Position numbers and translations under genes: made by a program. This document shows, in pieces, positions 52,226 to 64,000 of a DNA stretch of 64,000 nt; the stretch's first letter is position 1; every line of letters begins with the position of its first letter. The notes below the pieces were generated by a model, which searched no databases, was not told the DNA's origin, and saw only the letters and a program-made list of their open reading frames with translations. Source of the stretch: Escherichia coli (lineage in GTDB: Bacteria > Pseudomonadota > Gammaproteobacteria > Enterobacterales > Enterobacteriaceae); assembly GCF_003334385.1 (NCBI RefSeq), contig NZ_QOWN01000018.1. One strand, 5' to 3'.

Positions 52226-53323
52226 GTGATTAAATTTCTCTCTGCATTAATTCTTCTACTGGTCACGACGGCGGCTCAGGCTGAGCGTATTCGCGATCTC
52301 ACCAGTGTTCAGGGGGTAAGGCAAAACTCACTGATTGGCTATGGTCTGGTGGTGGGGCTGGATGGCACCGGTGACCAGACAACCCAGACGCCGTTTACCA
52401 CACAAACGCTTAATAACATGCTCTCACAGCTGGGAATTACCGTTCCGACGGGCACCAATATGCAGCTAAAAAACGTCGCTGCGGTAATGGTGACAGCGTC
52501 ACTTCCTCCGTTTGGACGTCAGGGGCAAACCATCGATGTGGTGGTTTCTTCCATGGGAAATGCCAAAAGCTTGCGTGGAGGTACGTTGTTGATGACACCG
52601 CTTAAGGGCGTTGACAGTCAGGTGTATGCGCTGGCGCAGGGCAATATTCTGGTTGGCGGCGCAGGAGCCTCCGCTGGCGGTAGCAGTGTTCAGGTTAACC
52701 AACTGAACGGTGGACGGATCACCAATGGTGCGGTTATTGAACGTGAATTGCCCAGCCAGTTTGGCGTCGGGAATACCCTTAATTTGCAACTTAACGACGA
52801 AGATTTCAGCATGGCGCAGCAAATCGCTGACACCATCAACCGCGTGCGTGGATATGGCAGCGCCACCGCGTTAGATGCGCGGACTATTCAGGTGCGCGTA
52901 CCGAGTGGCAACAGTTCCCAGGTCCGCTTCCTTGCCGATATTCAGAATATGCAGGTTAATGTCACCCCGCAGGACGCTAAAGTAGTGATTAACTCGCGCA
53001 CCGGTTCGGTGGTGATGAATCGCGAAGTGACCCTCGACAGCTGCGCGGTAGCGCAGGGGAATCTCTCAGTAACAGTTAATCGTCAGGCCAATGTCAGCCA
53101 GCCAGATACACCGTTTGGTGGTGGACAGACTGTGGTTACTCCACAAACGCAGATCGATTTACGCCAGAGCGGCGGTTCGCTGCAAAGCGTACGTTCCAGC
53201 GCCAGCCTCAATAACGTGGTGCGCGCGCTCAATGCGCTGGGCGCTACGCCGATGGATCTGATGTCCATACTGCAATCAATGCAAAGTGCGGGATGTCTGC
53301 GGGCAAAACTGGAAATCATCTGA
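52226..53323 (+). CDS. flgI: flagellar P-ring protein FlgI
   Basis: GTG start giving [19 protein letters not shown] signal peptide, 365 aa. Confidence 0.93.
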
Positions 53324-54264
53324 TGATCAGCGACAGCAAACTACTGGCAAGTGCGGCCTGGGATGCGCAATCACTCAACGAACTAAAGGCGAAAGCGGGC
53401 GAAGATCCGGCGGCAAATATCCGTCCGGTGGCCCGTCAGGTGGAAGGGATGTTCGTGCAGATGATGTTGAAAAGCATGCGCGACGCTTTACCAAAAGATG
53501 GCCTGTTCAGCAGCGAGCACACTCGCCTGTATACCAGTATGTATGACCAGCAGATTGCCCAACAGATGACGGCGGGCAAAGGTCTGGGGCTTGCAGAGAT
53601 GATGGTTAAACAGATGACGCCAGAACAACCATTGCCAGAGGAGTCCACGCCAGCAGCACCGATGAAATTCCCGCTCGAAACTGTGGTGCGTTATCAAAAT
53701 CAGGCGCTTTCGCAGCTGGTGCAAAAGGCCGTGCCACGTAACTACGATGATTCGCTGCCGGGTGACAGTAAAGAATTCCTCGCGCAACTCTCGCTGCCCG
53801 CCCAACTGGCAAGCCAGCAAAGCGGTGTGCCACATCATTTGATCCTCGCTCAGGCGGCACTGGAATCTGGTTGGGGGCAACGGCAAATCCGCCGCGAAAA
53901 CGGCGAGCCGAGCTATAACCTGTTTGGTGTCAAAGCCTCTGGCAACTGGAAAGGGCCAGTTACTGAAATCACCACGACTGAATATGAAAACGGCGAAGCG
54001 AAGAAAGTAAAAGCGAAGTTTCGCGTCTACAGCTCGTATCTGGAAGCCTTGTCGGATTACGTTGGGCTGTTAACGCGTAACCCGCGCTACGCCGCCGTGA
54101 CGACCGCCGCGAGTGCGGAACAGGGGGCGCAGGCCCTACAGGACGCGGGCTATGCCACCGATCCTCACTATGCCCGCAAACTCACCAACATGATTCAGCA
54201 GATGAAATCGATAAGCGACAAGGTGAGCAAAACCTACAGTATGAACATTGATAATCTGTTCTGA
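53323..54264 (+). CDS. flgJ: flagellar rod-capping peptidoglycan hydrolase FlgJ
   Basis: Start overlaps flgI stop (TGATGA), 313 aa; C-terminal glucosaminidase domain. Confidence 0.93.
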   Translation: MISDSKLLASAAWDAQSLNELKAKAGEDPAANIRPVARQVEGMFVQMMLKSMRDALPKDGLFSSEHTRLYTSMYDQQIAQQMTAGKGLGLAEMMVKQMTPEQPLPEESTPAAPMKFPLETVVRYQNQALSQLVQKAVPRNYDDSLPGDSKEFLAQLSLPAQLASQQSGVPHHLILAQAALESGWGQRQIRRENGEPSYNLFGVKASGNWKGPVTEITTTEYENGEAKKVKAKFRVYSSYLEALSDYVGLLTRNPRYAAVTTAASAEQGAQALQDAGYATDPHYARKLTNMIQQMKSISDKVSKTYSMNIDNLF

Positions 54265-54265
54265 A

Positions 54266-54296
54266 TAACTCAAGTCCGGCGGGTCGCTGCCGATAA
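54266..54296 (+). promoter_or_regulatory. sigma-28 class 3 promoter for flgKL
   Basis: GCCGATAA -10 element at 54289-54296 with upstream -35-like TAACTCAAG, about 35 bp before flgK. Confidence 0.65.
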
Positions 54297-54329
54297 TACT
54301 CTGTAATTGAAGGCTTATAAGGAACCTCC

Positions 54330-55973
54330 ATGTCCAGCTTGATTAATAACGCCATGAGCGGACTGAACGCGGCCCAGGCGGCGTTAAATACGGCAAGTAA
54401 TAATATCTCCAGCTATAACGTTGCCGGATATACCCGCCAAACCACTATTATGGCGCAGGCCAATAGCACGTTGGGCGCTGGCGGCTGGGTTGGCAATGGT
54501 GTCTACGTTTCTGGTGTGCAGCGTGAGTATGATGCGTTTATTACCAACCAGTTACGTGCGGCGCAGACGCAAAGTAGCGGTCTGACTGCCCGCTATGAGC
54601 AGATGTCGAAAATCGACAATATGCTCTCCACCAGTACCTCTTCGCTGGCAACACAGATGCAGGATTTCTTCACCAGCCTGCAAACGCTGGTGAGTAACGC
54701 GGAAGACCCGGCAGCGCGCCAGGCGCTGATTGGGAAATCAGAAGGATTGGTGAATCAGTTTAAAACCACCGATCAATATCTGCGCGACCAGGACAAACAG
54801 GTCAATATCGCGATAGGTGCCAGCGTTGATCAGATCAACAACTACGCTAAACAAATTGCCAGCCTGAACGATCAAATCTCGCGCCTGACAGGCGTGGGGG
54901 CAGGGGCGTCACCTAACAATCTGCTGGATCAACGCGATCAACTGGTGAGCGAATTAAACCAGATTGTTGGTGTAGAAGTCAGCGTTCAGGATGGCGGCAC
55001 TTATAACATCACGATGGCCAATGGTTACTCACTGGTTCAGGGAAGTACGGCGCGGCAACTGGCGGCAGTTCCTTCCAGCGCTGACCCTTCTCGTACGACT
55101 GTCGCTTATGTTGATGGGACGGCAGGCAATATTGAGATCCCGGAGAAATTACTGAATACCGGGTCGCTGGGCGGCATTCTGACATTCCGTTCTCAGGATC
55201 TGGACCAGACGCGTAATACGCTTGGACAACTGGCGCTGGCATTTGCCGAGGCTTTCAACACCCAACACAAAGCCGGATTTGATGCTAACGGCGATGCCGG
55301 TGAAGATTTCTTTGCTATCGGTAAGCCCGCGGTTCTGCAAAACACGAAAAACAAAGGTGACGTTGCGATCGGTGCCACGGTAACTGATGCCTCCGCGGTA
55401 CTGGCGACAGATTACAAAATCTCGTTCGATAATAATCAGTGGCAGGTCACCCGCCTTGCCAGCAATACCACTTTTACGGTGACGCCGGATGCCAACGGTA
55501 AAGTGGCATTTGATGGTCTGGAGTTGACGTTTACAGGAACGCCTGCCGTTAACGACAGCTTCACGCTGAAACCAGTAAGTGACGCCATCGTCAACATGGA
55601 TGTATTAATCACCGACGAAGCGAAAATAGCGATGGCGAGCGAAGAAGATGCGGGTGATAGCGATAACCGCAACGGTCAGGCCCTGCTGGATCTGCAAAGC
55701 AACAGTAAAACGGTGGGCGGTGCGAAATCCTTTAACGACGCTTATGCCTCGTTAGTGAGTGATATCGGTAATAAAACCGCGACGTTGAAAACCAGTAGCG
55801 CCACGCAAGGTAATGTGGTGACGCAGCTTTCCAATCAGCAGCAGTCGATTTCCGGTGTCAATCTCGATGAGGAGTACGGAAATCTGCAACGTTTTCAGCA
55901 GTATTACCTGGCGAATGCGCAGGTTCTGCAGACGGCAAACGCGATTTTTGATGCGCTGATTAACATTCGCTAA
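54330..55973 (+). CDS. flgK: flagellar hook-associated protein 1 FlgK
   Basis: 547 aa. Confidence 0.95.
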   Translation: MSSLINNAMSGLNAAQAALNTASNNISSYNVAGYTRQTTIMAQANSTLGAGGWVGNGVYVSGVQREYDAFITNQLRAAQTQSSGLTARYEQMSKIDNMLSTSTSSLATQMQDFFTSLQTLVSNAEDPAARQALIGKSEGLVNQFKTTDQYLRDQDKQVNIAIGASVDQINNYAKQIASLNDQISRLTGVGAGASPNNLLDQRDQLVSELNQIVGVEVSVQDGGTYNITMANGYSLVQGSTARQLAAVPSSADPSRTTVAYVDGTAGNIEIPEKLLNTGSLGGILTFRSQDLDQTRNTLGQLALAFAEAFNTQHKAGFDANGDAGEDFFAIGKPAVLQNTKNKGDVAIGATVTDASAVLATDYKISFDNNQWQVTRLASNTTFTVTPDANGKVAFDGLELTFTGTPAVNDSFTLKPVSDAIVNMDVLITDEAKIAMASEEDAGDSDNRNGQALLDLQSNSKTVGGAKSFNDAYASLVSDIGNKTATLKTSSATQGNVVTQLSNQQQSISGVNLDEEYGNLQRFQQYYLANAQVLQTANAIFDALINIR

Positions 55974-55984
55974 GGGGAGATAAG

Positions 55985-56938
55985 ATGCGTTTCAGTACAC
56001 AGATGATGTACCAGCAAAACATGCGTGGTATCACCAATTCTCAGGCAGAATGGATGAAGTACGGCGAACAGATGTCGACGGGTAAGCGAGTCGTTAACCC
56101 TTCTGACGATCCCATTGCTGCATCACAAGCCGTAGTTCTCTCCCAGGCACAGGCGCAAAACAGCCAGTACACGCTGGCGCGTACTTTCGCCACTCAAAAA
56201 GTGTCACTGGAAGAGAGTGTACTTAGCCAGGTCACCACTGCTATCCAGAATGCTCAGGAAAAAATTGTCTACGCCAGCAATGGCACCTTGAGTGACGATG
56301 ACCGGGCCTCGCTGGCTACGGATATTCAGGGGCTTCGTGACCAGTTGCTGAATCTGGCAAACACCACTGACGGTAACGGGCGCTACATTTTTGCCGGTTA
56401 TAAAACAGAGACTGCGCCGTTTAGCGAAGAGAAAGGGAAATACGTCGGTGGAGCAGAAAGTATTAAACAACAGGTCGATGCTTCGCGTTCGATGGTGATA
56501 GGGCACACGGGTGACAAAATTTTCGACAGTATTACCAGCAACGCGGTAGCGGAACCAGACGGTAGCGCTTCTGAAACCAATCTTTTTGCCATGCTGGATA
56601 GTGCCATCGCAGCCCTGAAAACGCCGGTCGCGGATAGCGAAGCGGATAAAGAAACCGCCGCTGCGGCGTTAGATAAAACCAACCGCGGACTGAAAAACTC
56701 GCTGAACAATGTGCTGACTGTTCGCGCGGAATTAGGCACGCAGCTGAACGAACTGGAGTCGCTGGATTCATTAGGTAGCGATCGCGCTTTAGGGCAAACG
56801 CAGCAGATGAGCGATCTGGTTGATGTGGACTGGAATGCAACTATTTCATCTTACATCATGCAGCAAACGGCATTGCAGGCATCGTATAAAGCATTTACCG
56901 ATATGCAGGGATTGTCGCTCTTCCAGCTCAGCAAATAA
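55985..56938 (+). CDS. flgL: flagellar hook-associated protein 3 FlgL
   Basis: 317 aa. Confidence 0.95.
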   Translation: MRFSTQMMYQQNMRGITNSQAEWMKYGEQMSTGKRVVNPSDDPIAASQAVVLSQAQAQNSQYTLARTFATQKVSLEESVLSQVTTAIQNAQEKIVYASNGTLSDDDRASLATDIQGLRDQLLNLANTTDGNGRYIFAGYKTETAPFSEEKGKYVGGAESIKQQVDASRSMVIGHTGDKIFDSITSNAVAEPDGSASETNLFAMLDSAIAALKTPVADSEADKETAAAALDKTNRGLKNSLNNVLTVRAELGTQLNELESLDSLGSDRALGQTQQMSDLVDVDWNATISSYIMQQTALQASYKAFTDMQGLSLFQLSK

Positions 56939-57133
56939 TTTCGCTTTAAAACATATCATGAAACTGGGTATGTTTTGTCTGCCTGCTCTGGGATCGCTGG
57001 GGCGGGCATTTTTTTGCCTATTTTGCATTGTTGGTTAGCAAGGATGCCATTCGATGAATTTTAATATGTTGATTCAAAGATGAAATAAAAAAGCCCTGGC
57101 AGTTACCAGGGCTTGATTACTTTGAGCTAATTA

Positions 57134-60100
57134 TTACTCAACAGGTTGCGGACGCGCAGGAGCGGCAGAGGCATGATGTGTTGCCGTATGACCACCTGCG
57201 GCACCTTTACCTTCGAAGGCAAAAGTAGGGCGCTGCCAGTCACTGTGACGCGGTGCCTCCGGAACATATTCCGGTGCTGGAGCGCGCGTCATTGGCGCGG
57301 TAGCGTGGTTATGCTCAACGGTGACCTCAGGTTCGACCGCAGCTACCGTTTCAACTTCTGCTGCGACTTCAGCGACTACTGGCGCGGCAGGTTGAGCAAC
57401 AACTTCAGGTTCAGCAACTACAACCTCAGCAGTTTCGACAACTTCTTCAATATCTGCCGTCTCTTCCTGCGGTTCAACCACCGGTTCTGCTTGTTCTGCA
57501 ACTTCCTGGGCTACGGCAACATCAGACTCGGTAATCACCTGCGGCTGTTCAGTTACCGCGGCAGCGATCACTTCAGGATGCGTCGTTTCAACCACTTCCG
57601 GTTGCGGTTCGGCAACCTGAACGGGGGCTTCTACGACACCGGCCACTTCTTCAACAACTGGCGCGCTAACAACCGGTTCGATAGCGGCGGCGACAGGGAC
57701 CTCAGTCACCATCGGCTGCACATGTACTTCTTCCTGTTCGCGCTGCTCTTCAACCTGTACATCTTGCGGACGTACAATTGGATAGCGGATCCAGACTTTG
57801 CCAGAGGCCAGTTCCGGAGACGCGCACGCTACGGTCAACGGCATTGGCGACTGGGTTGGATAACGCTCGTCACGATAGCGACGACGACGCTGACCACTTA
57901 CGCGCAGGTGACGAGGCGAGCGGCGAGAACGACGCGGCATGCCACCGTTGTCACGGTTATCAGCATTGTTCTCTTCTTGCTGTTCTGGTGCAGTTTGCGC
58001 TACGACTGGCAGCGGGACTTTCACCAGTTCTGTGCGTGGAGCTGGCGCTTCCTGAACAATTGGTTCGGCAGCGACAGTTTCTTCAACCACCGGTGCGACT
58101 ACCGCTTCTTCGGCTACGCTTTGCTCGTAACGCACTTTCTGATTGAGCTGACGCTGTTTACGACGCGGCTGAACCGGACGTACACGTTCTTCCTGTTCGG
58201 TTTCCTGAACAGATTGCTCTTCAACATTCAGCGCCTTCGCTTCTTGTTGCGCCTGACGTTTATCATCATTACGGCGGCGGCTACGTTCACGACGCGGCGC
58301 TTGCTGCTCGTCGGCGGTACGCGCTTTTTCCGTTACCTCAGCCTGCTGACGGCTCTCACGCGTCTCGGCAGTCTGCTGCTGTGCCTGGCGACGATTACGA
58401 CGGTTTTCTTCGCGATTATCGCTGCCTTCAGTACGTTCACTACGGGTGTCGCGGCGCTCATTACGGTCACGGCGGTTGTTCTGACGAGGCTTGCGACGAT
58501 CCTGTTGACGTTCCGGTTTCGCTTCTGCTTTCGGTGCTGGTTGCTCGGTCGGTTTGGTTTCTTCACCACCGCTGAACAGCGCTTTCAGTGCGCCGAAGAA
58601 GCGGCTCAACAGCCCAGGTTGTGCAGGAGCTGCTGGTGTTGCCGGTGCAGCTTTCGGTGCTGGAGCTACAACAGGCGCGGCAGGTTCAGCTGGCGTTGGC
58701 GCAGGCGGCACATCCGGCATGGCAAAGGTTGCCAGCGCAGGTTGTTCCGGACGCTTACGTTCAGCGAACTCTTCTTCAGACGGCAGCGCCATCGCTTCTT
58801 CATGCAGCTTCGGCAGCATGTAGCTTAAGGTTGGGGTTTCTTCCCCTTTACGCACGCGCAGCACGTGGTAGTGCGGGGTTTCCATCTGATCGTTTGGCAC
58901 AATTACACAGCGCACACCGTCCTGACGAGTTTCAATGGCATTTACCGCAGAACGTTTTTCATTCAGCAGGTAAGAAGCGATTGGCACAGGAACAATGGCG
59001 TGAACTTCCTGGGTGTTCTCTTTCAGCGCTTCTTCTTCGATCAGACGCAGAATAGAGAGCGACAGCGATTCGTTGTCACGCACGGTGCCAGTACCAGAAC
59101 AACGCGGACAAACGTGATGACTGGATTCACCCAGTGATGGGCTCAGGCGCTGACGGGACATTTCCAGCAGGCCAAAGCGAGAAATATGGCTGATTTGAAT
59201 ACGCGCACGGTCCTGACGCACCGCTTCACGCAGACGGTTTTCTACCGCACGCTGGTGGCGTACTGGCGTCATGTCGATGAAGTCGATAACAATCAGGCCG
59301 CCGAGGTCACGCAGGCGCAGCTGACGAGCAATCTCATCGGCAGCTTCGAGGTTAGTGTTAAACGCGGTTTCTTCGATATCGCCGCCGCGGGTCGCGCGTG
59401 CGGAGTTGATGTCGATGGCCGTTAACGCTTCGGTGCTGTCGATAACAATGGAACCACCAGACGGCAGACGAACTTCACGCTGGAAGGCGGACTCGATCTG
59501 TGACTCGATCTGGTAGTGGCTGAACAGCGGGATCTCGCCGGTGTACAGTTTGATTTTGCTGCTGAAATCCGGGCGACCTAATGCAGCGATATGCTGACGT
59601 GCCAGTTCGAGCACTTTCGGGTTATCGATAAGGATTTCGCCGATGTCCTGACGTAAGTAATCGCGGAATGCGCGAACGATTACGTTGCTCTCCTGATGAA
59701 TCAGGAACGGGGCCGGGCGGCTTTCAGCGGCTTTTTTGATGGCTTCCCAGTGTTTCAGACGGAAGCTTAAATCCCATTGCAGCGCCTCAGCAGATTTGCC
59801 GACGCCAGCGGTGCGCACGATAAGCCCCATGCCTTCCGGCAGTTCAAGGCTTGCCAGTGCTTCTTTTAATTCGGTACGGTCGTCGCCTTCGATACGGCGA
59901 GAAATGCCACCCGCGCGCGGGTTGTTCGGCATCAGAACCAGATAGCTACCCGCCAGACTGATAAAGGTGGTTAATGCCGCGCCTTTGTTGCCGCGCTCTT
60001 CTTTATCGATCTGAACAATGACTTCCTGACCTTCACGCAACACATCTTTAATGTTGGGACGACCATGAGCACTGTAGTTAGCAGGGAAATATTCGCGGGC

Positions 60101-60319
60101 AATTTCTTTTAGTGGGAGGAAACCGTGACGTTCAGCGCCGTAATCAACAAAAGCAGCTTCCAGACTCGGTTCAATGCGGGTGATTTTACCTTTGTAGATG
60201 TTTGCCTTTTTCTGCTCGTGCCCTGGACTTTCGATATCCAGGTCATACAGACGCTGCCCATCTACAAGGGCAACGCGCAACTCTTCCTGCTGAGTTGCGT
60301 TGATTAACATTCTTTTCAT
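57134..60319 (-). CDS. rne: ribonuclease E
   Basis: 1061 aa starting [30 protein letters not shown] (S1 + catalytic domain), Arg/Pro/Glu-rich C-terminal scaffold. Confidence 0.97.
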   Translation of the reverse strand: MKRMLINATQQEELRVALVDGQRLYDLDIESPGHEQKKANIYKGKITRIEPSLEAAFVDYGAERHGFLPLKEIAREYFPANYSAHGRPNIKDVLREGQEVIVQIDKEERGNKGAALTTFISLAGSYLVLMPNNPRAGGISRRIEGDDRTELKEALASLELPEGMGLIVRTAGVGKSAEALQWDLSFRLKHWEAIKKAAESRPAPFLIHQESNVIVRAFRDYLRQDIGEILIDNPKVLELARQHIAALGRPDFSSKIKLYTGEIPLFSHYQIESQIESAFQREVRLPSGGSIVIDSTEALTAIDINSARATRGGDIEETAFNTNLEAADEIARQLRLRDLGGLIVIDFIDMTPVRHQRAVENRLREAVRQDRARIQISHISRFGLLEMSRQRLSPSLGESSHHVCPRCSGTGTVRDNESLSLSILRLIEEEALKENTQEVHAIVPVPIASYLLNEKRSAVNAIETRQDGVRCVIVPNDQMETPHYHVLRVRKGEETPTLSYMLPKLHEEAMALPSEEEFAERKRPEQPALATFAMPDVPPAPTPAEPAAPVVAPAPKAAPATPAAPAQPGLLSRFFGALKALFSGGEETKPTEQPAPKAEAKPERQQDRRKPRQNNRRDRNERRDTRSERTEGSDNREENRRNRRQAQQQTAETRESRQQAEVTEKARTADEQQAPRRERSRRRNDDKRQAQQEAKALNVEEQSVQETEQEERVRPVQPRRKQRQLNQKVRYEQSVAEEAVVAPVVEETVAAEPIVQEAPAPRTELVKVPLPVVAQTAPEQQEENNADNRDNGGMPRRSRRSPRHLRVSGQRRRRYRDERYPTQSPMPLTVACASPELASGKVWIRYPIVRPQDVQVEEQREQEEVHVQPMVTEVPVAAAIEPVVSAPVVEEVAGVVEAPVQVAEPQPEVVETTHPEVIAAAVTEQPQVITESDVAVAQEVAEQAEPVVEPQEETADIEEVVETAEVVVAEPEVVAQPAAPVVAEVAAEVETVAAVEPEVTVEHNHATAPMTRAPAPEYVPEAPRHSDWQRPTFAFEGKGAAGGHTATHHASAAPARPQPVE

Positions 60320-60680
60320 CGTAACTTACTCATTATTCTTACATTGACGACTAAGCTGCGGGCAAAGTAACGCCTTTCCGGGTGTGAACCGATGGCCTCG
60401 TGTCTAGTCGCGTCGCCAACCTCACGGTTATCGTCAGCTCAAAGAGGCGCAGAGTGTCGGTTGCCCGTTTTTCATGCGGAAAAACAGCGCAATTATCAAA
60501 GAAACAGACTGGGTATTACTCTCCAGAAATATTTCCATCTACCGGTAAGGACTGCAACCCGCAGCCCGCTAACTGCCTGAAAGATCAATACGTCTTACGC
60601 CATTGCTGCGTGGATGATCGGTCGGGCAAAATGGGTTATTCCGTAAAATTTCTTGTTTTAACAAGGATGGACACGGAAAC
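60320..60680 (-). promoter_or_regulatory. rne long 5' untranslated leader (autoregulatory structured region) and promoter-proximal sequence
   Basis: About 360 nt non-coding upstream of rne start; the rne leader is known to be long and structured; exact 5' end not determinable here. Confidence 0.6.
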
Positions 60681-60891
60681 GGCCTCATTATTCCACTGCA
60701 AGCCTTGTTATAGCAAGATGACTTTTACCATTTATCACCCGCTTACTCACAGTTTTTTCACTTCTTGCTGGTGATTGGTTTAATAACCATCAATAAAGTG
60801 ATCACGCAGTGAAGTAATAAGGTGCAAAAGTAAATATAAGCATAGAAAAATGAGTGGCGCGAATCCTGTTGGCTAATTAGAATCGCCAACC

Positions 60892-61851
60892 ATGAAAACA
60901 GAGACTCCATCCGTAAAAATTGTTGCTATCACCGCTGACGAAGCGGGGCAACGTATCGATAACTTTTTGCGTACCCAATTGAAAGGCGTACCAAAAAGTA
61001 TGATTTACCGTATTTTGCGTAAAGGCGAAGTGCGGGTGAACAAAAAACGTATTAAGCCTGAATATAAACTCGAAGCGGGTGATGAGGTGCGTATTCCACC
61101 GGTTCGCGTTGCTGAGCGGGAAGAAGAGGCGGTTTCGCCACATCTGCAAAAGGTGGCGGCGCTGGCGGACGTCATCTTATATGAAGATGATCACATCCTG
61201 GTGCTGAATAAACCTTCCGGTACGGCGGTACATGGCGGCAGTGGTTTAAGCTTCGGCGTTATTGAAGGTTTGCGGGCGTTGCGCCCGGAAGCGCGGTTCC
61301 TTGAACTGGTTCATCGTCTTGACCGGGACACCTCAGGTGTTTTGCTGGTAGCGAAAAAACGCTCGGCGTTGCGTTCTCTGCATGAGCAATTACGTGAAAA
61401 AGGGATGCAAAAAGATTACCTGGCGCTGGTGCGCGGTCAGTGGCAGTCGCATGTGAAGAGCGTTCAAGCACCGTTACTGAAAAATATTCTGCAAAGCGGC
61501 GAACGTATCGTGCGTGTGAGTCAGGAAGGCAAACCGTCGGAAACACGCTTTAAAGTGGAAGAACGCTATGCATTTGCCACCCTGGTGCGTTGTAGCCCGG
61601 TAACAGGGCGTACTCACCAGATCCGTGTGCATACACAATATGCGGGTCATCCGATTGCCTTTGACGATCGCTACGGTGACCGTGAATTTGACAGGCAGCT
61701 CACTGAAGCAGGCACGGGATTAAATCGCCTGTTCCTGCACGCTGCAGCGTTGAAGTTTACTCATCCGGGGACCGGTGAGGTGATGCGTATCGAAGCTCCG
61801 ATGGATGAAGGTTTGAAGCGTTGTTTGCAAAAGCTGCGTAACGCGCGCTAA
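60892..61851 (+). CDS. rluC: 23S rRNA pseudouridine synthase RluC
   Basis: 319 aa; S4-like N-terminal domain and RluA-family catalytic motif (HRLDRDTSGVLLVAK). Confidence 0.95.
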   Translation: MKTETPSVKIVAITADEAGQRIDNFLRTQLKGVPKSMIYRILRKGEVRVNKKRIKPEYKLEAGDEVRIPPVRVAEREEEAVSPHLQKVAALADVILYEDDHILVLNKPSGTAVHGGSGLSFGVIEGLRALRPEARFLELVHRLDRDTSGVLLVAKKRSALRSLHEQLREKGMQKDYLALVRGQWQSHVKSVQAPLLKNILQSGERIVRVSQEGKPSETRFKVEERYAFATLVRCSPVTGRTHQIRVHTQYAGHPIAFDDRYGDREFDRQLTEAGTGLNRLFLHAAALKFTHPGTGEVMRIEAPMDEGLKRCLQKLRNAR

Positions 61852-61881
61852 TACAAGCATATAAACCTGATAATGGGCGGT

Positions 61882-61955
61882 TGGCCTGATAAGGCGTTTA
61901 CGCCGCATCAGGCCGCCAGCACCGATTGCCGGATGCGACGTAACCACATCCGGCG
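61882..61955. repeat. REP elements between rluC and yceF
   Basis: GCCTGATAAGGCGTTTACGCCGCATCAGGC and GCCGGATGCGACGTAACCACATCCGGCGC palindromic units. Confidence 0.75.
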
Positions 61956-61962
61956 CAAAAAA

Positions 61963-62547
61963 CTATCCCATCAGCGGGTTTTTCCCTTCCCGACGTAACA
62001 TCTGACACAGCGCGATTAGCGGTAAACCAACCAGCGTGTTAGGATCACGCCCCTCTAAACGCTCAAACAGCGTAATGCCAAATCCTTCACTCTTAAAGCT
62101 ACCCGCGCAGTGCAGGGGATGCTCTTTACGCACGTAATTATCAATCTCCGCCTCGCTCAGGTGACGGAAATGGACGTCAAAAGGCTCCACTTCTGTTTGC
62201 AGATGCCCATTCGCCGAATTAAACAACGCCAGTCCAGTATAGAAGGTGACGATATTGCCGCTGGCTTTGCGTAATTGCAGACGGGCATTTTCTTCCGTTA
62301 ACGGTTTACCGGTGATTTCGCCATCAAGAACACATACCTGGTCTGAACCAATAATTAAATGATCCGGATAACGTGACGCCAGAGATTGCGCTTTTTCTTG
62401 TGCCAGTCGAAGCACCAACTGTCGCGGTGATTCGTCGCTGCGTGGGGTTTCGTCGACCTCTGGTGCTGCACATTCAAAAGAGATTTGCAGTTTTTCCAGA
62501 AGAGCGCGACGCCATGGCGAGGTGGAGGCTAAAATAAGTTTAGGCAT
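61963..62547 (-). CDS. yceF: Maf-like nucleoside triphosphate pyrophosphatase YceF
   Basis: Start trimmed to [20 protein letters not shown] (194 aa). Confidence 0.92.
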
Positions 62548-62733
62548 ATTTTTTTCCATCAGATATAGCGTATTGATGATAGCCATTTTAAACTATGCGC
62601 TTCGTTTTGCAGGTTGATGTTTGTTATCAGCACTGAACGAAAATAAAGCAGTAACCCGCAATGTGTGCGAATTATTGGCAAAAGGCAACCACAGGCTGCC
62701 TTTTTCTTTGACTCTATGACGTTACAAAGTTAA

Positions 62734-63267
<534 letters not shown>

Positions 63268-63306
63268 TTGGTGCTCCCCGTTGGATCGGGGATAAACCGT
63301 AATTGA

Positions 63307-63492
<186 letters not shown>

Positions 63493-63572
63493 TCACGCAT
63501 CTGCGTGATGAAGCTTAGTGAGGATTTTCCCCAGGCAACTGGGGAAAGACCAAACCGGGCGGCGACGATACC

Positions 63573-64000
63573 TTGACACGTCTAACCCTGGCGTTAGATG
63601 TCATGGGAGGGGATTTTGGCCCTTCCGTGACAGTGCCTGCAGCATTGCAGGCACTGAATTCTAATTCGCAACTCACTCTTCTTTTAGTCGGCAATCCCGA
63701 CGCCATCACGCCATTACTTGCTAAAGCTGACTTTGAACAACGTTCGCGTCTGCAGATTATTCCTGCGCAGTCAGTTATCGCCAGTGATGCCCGGCCTTCG
63801 CAAGCTATCCGCGCCAGTCGTGGGAGTTCAATGCGCGTGGCCCTGGAGCTGGTGAAAGAAGGTCGAGCGCAAGCCTGTGTCAGTGCCGGTAATACCGGGG
63901 CGCTGATGGGGCTGGCAAAATTATTACTCAAGCCCCTGGAGGGGATTGAGCGTCCGGCGCTGGTGACGGTATTACCACATCAGCAAAAGGGCAAAACGGT
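63573..64000 (+). CDS. plsX: phosphate acyltransferase PlsX (5' portion, continues beyond window)
   Basis: TTG start giving [25 protein letters not shown]; runs to window end. Confidence 0.88.
   Translation, partial: MTRLTLALDVMGGDFGPSVTVPAALQALNSNSQLTLLLVGNPDAITPLLAKADFEQRSRLQIIPAQSVIASDARPSQAIRASRGSSMRVALELVKEGRAQACVSAGNTGALMGLAKLLLKPLEGIERPALVTVLPHQQKGKT

Noticed and set aside
57146-59425. Long plus-strand ORFs (560 aa, 155 aa, 122 aa etc.) antisense to rne
   Set aside because: They lie entirely within the well-supported rne coding sequence on the opposite strand, with low-complexity Arg/Cys/Phe-rich translations typical of antisense reading of a GC-rich, repetitive region.

Overview
This window reads as an Escherichia coli K-12-like chromosomal segment. 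Gene identities and order are recognised from recall of K-12 proteins, with no alignment or database search run. In order: an IS3 end, ymdE remnant, ycdU, serX (tRNA-Ser), ghrA, ycdXYZ, the curli clusters csgDEFG and csgBAC, ymdAB, clsC, opgC, opgGH, yceK, msyB, then lpxL, yceA, yceIJ, yceO, solA, bssS, dinI, pyrC, yceB, grxB, mdtH, rimJ, yceH, yceM, murJ, the flagellar genes flgNMA and flgBCDEFGHIJKL, rne, rluC, yceF, yceD, rpmF and the start of plsX. The one clearly accessory region is an AT-rich insertion of about 11.4 kb (approx 19888-31259) that splits the efflux pump gene mdtG in two. It carries a large serine recombinase at its right edge, a small resolvase/invertase-type serine recombinase preceded by res-like TGTCYNNTA repeats at its left edge, a phage Dam-type adenine methyltransferase with a C-terminal HTH extension, a putative replication initiator with iterons and an AT-rich tract inside its own coding sequence, a tape-measure-like protein with no other recognisable virion genes, and a block of small unknown ORFs. 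No defence system is recognisable in it by sequence. This looks like a satellite-like or degraded serine-integrase prophage element and is the best candidate for an undescribed system. A second unusual structure is a perfect 181-bp tandem repeat (about 3.4 copies) downstream of serX, each copy carrying a duplicate of the tRNA 3' end and its terminator. Coordinates of annotated starts were trimmed from the ORF track where the known protein length or an RBS suggested a later start.
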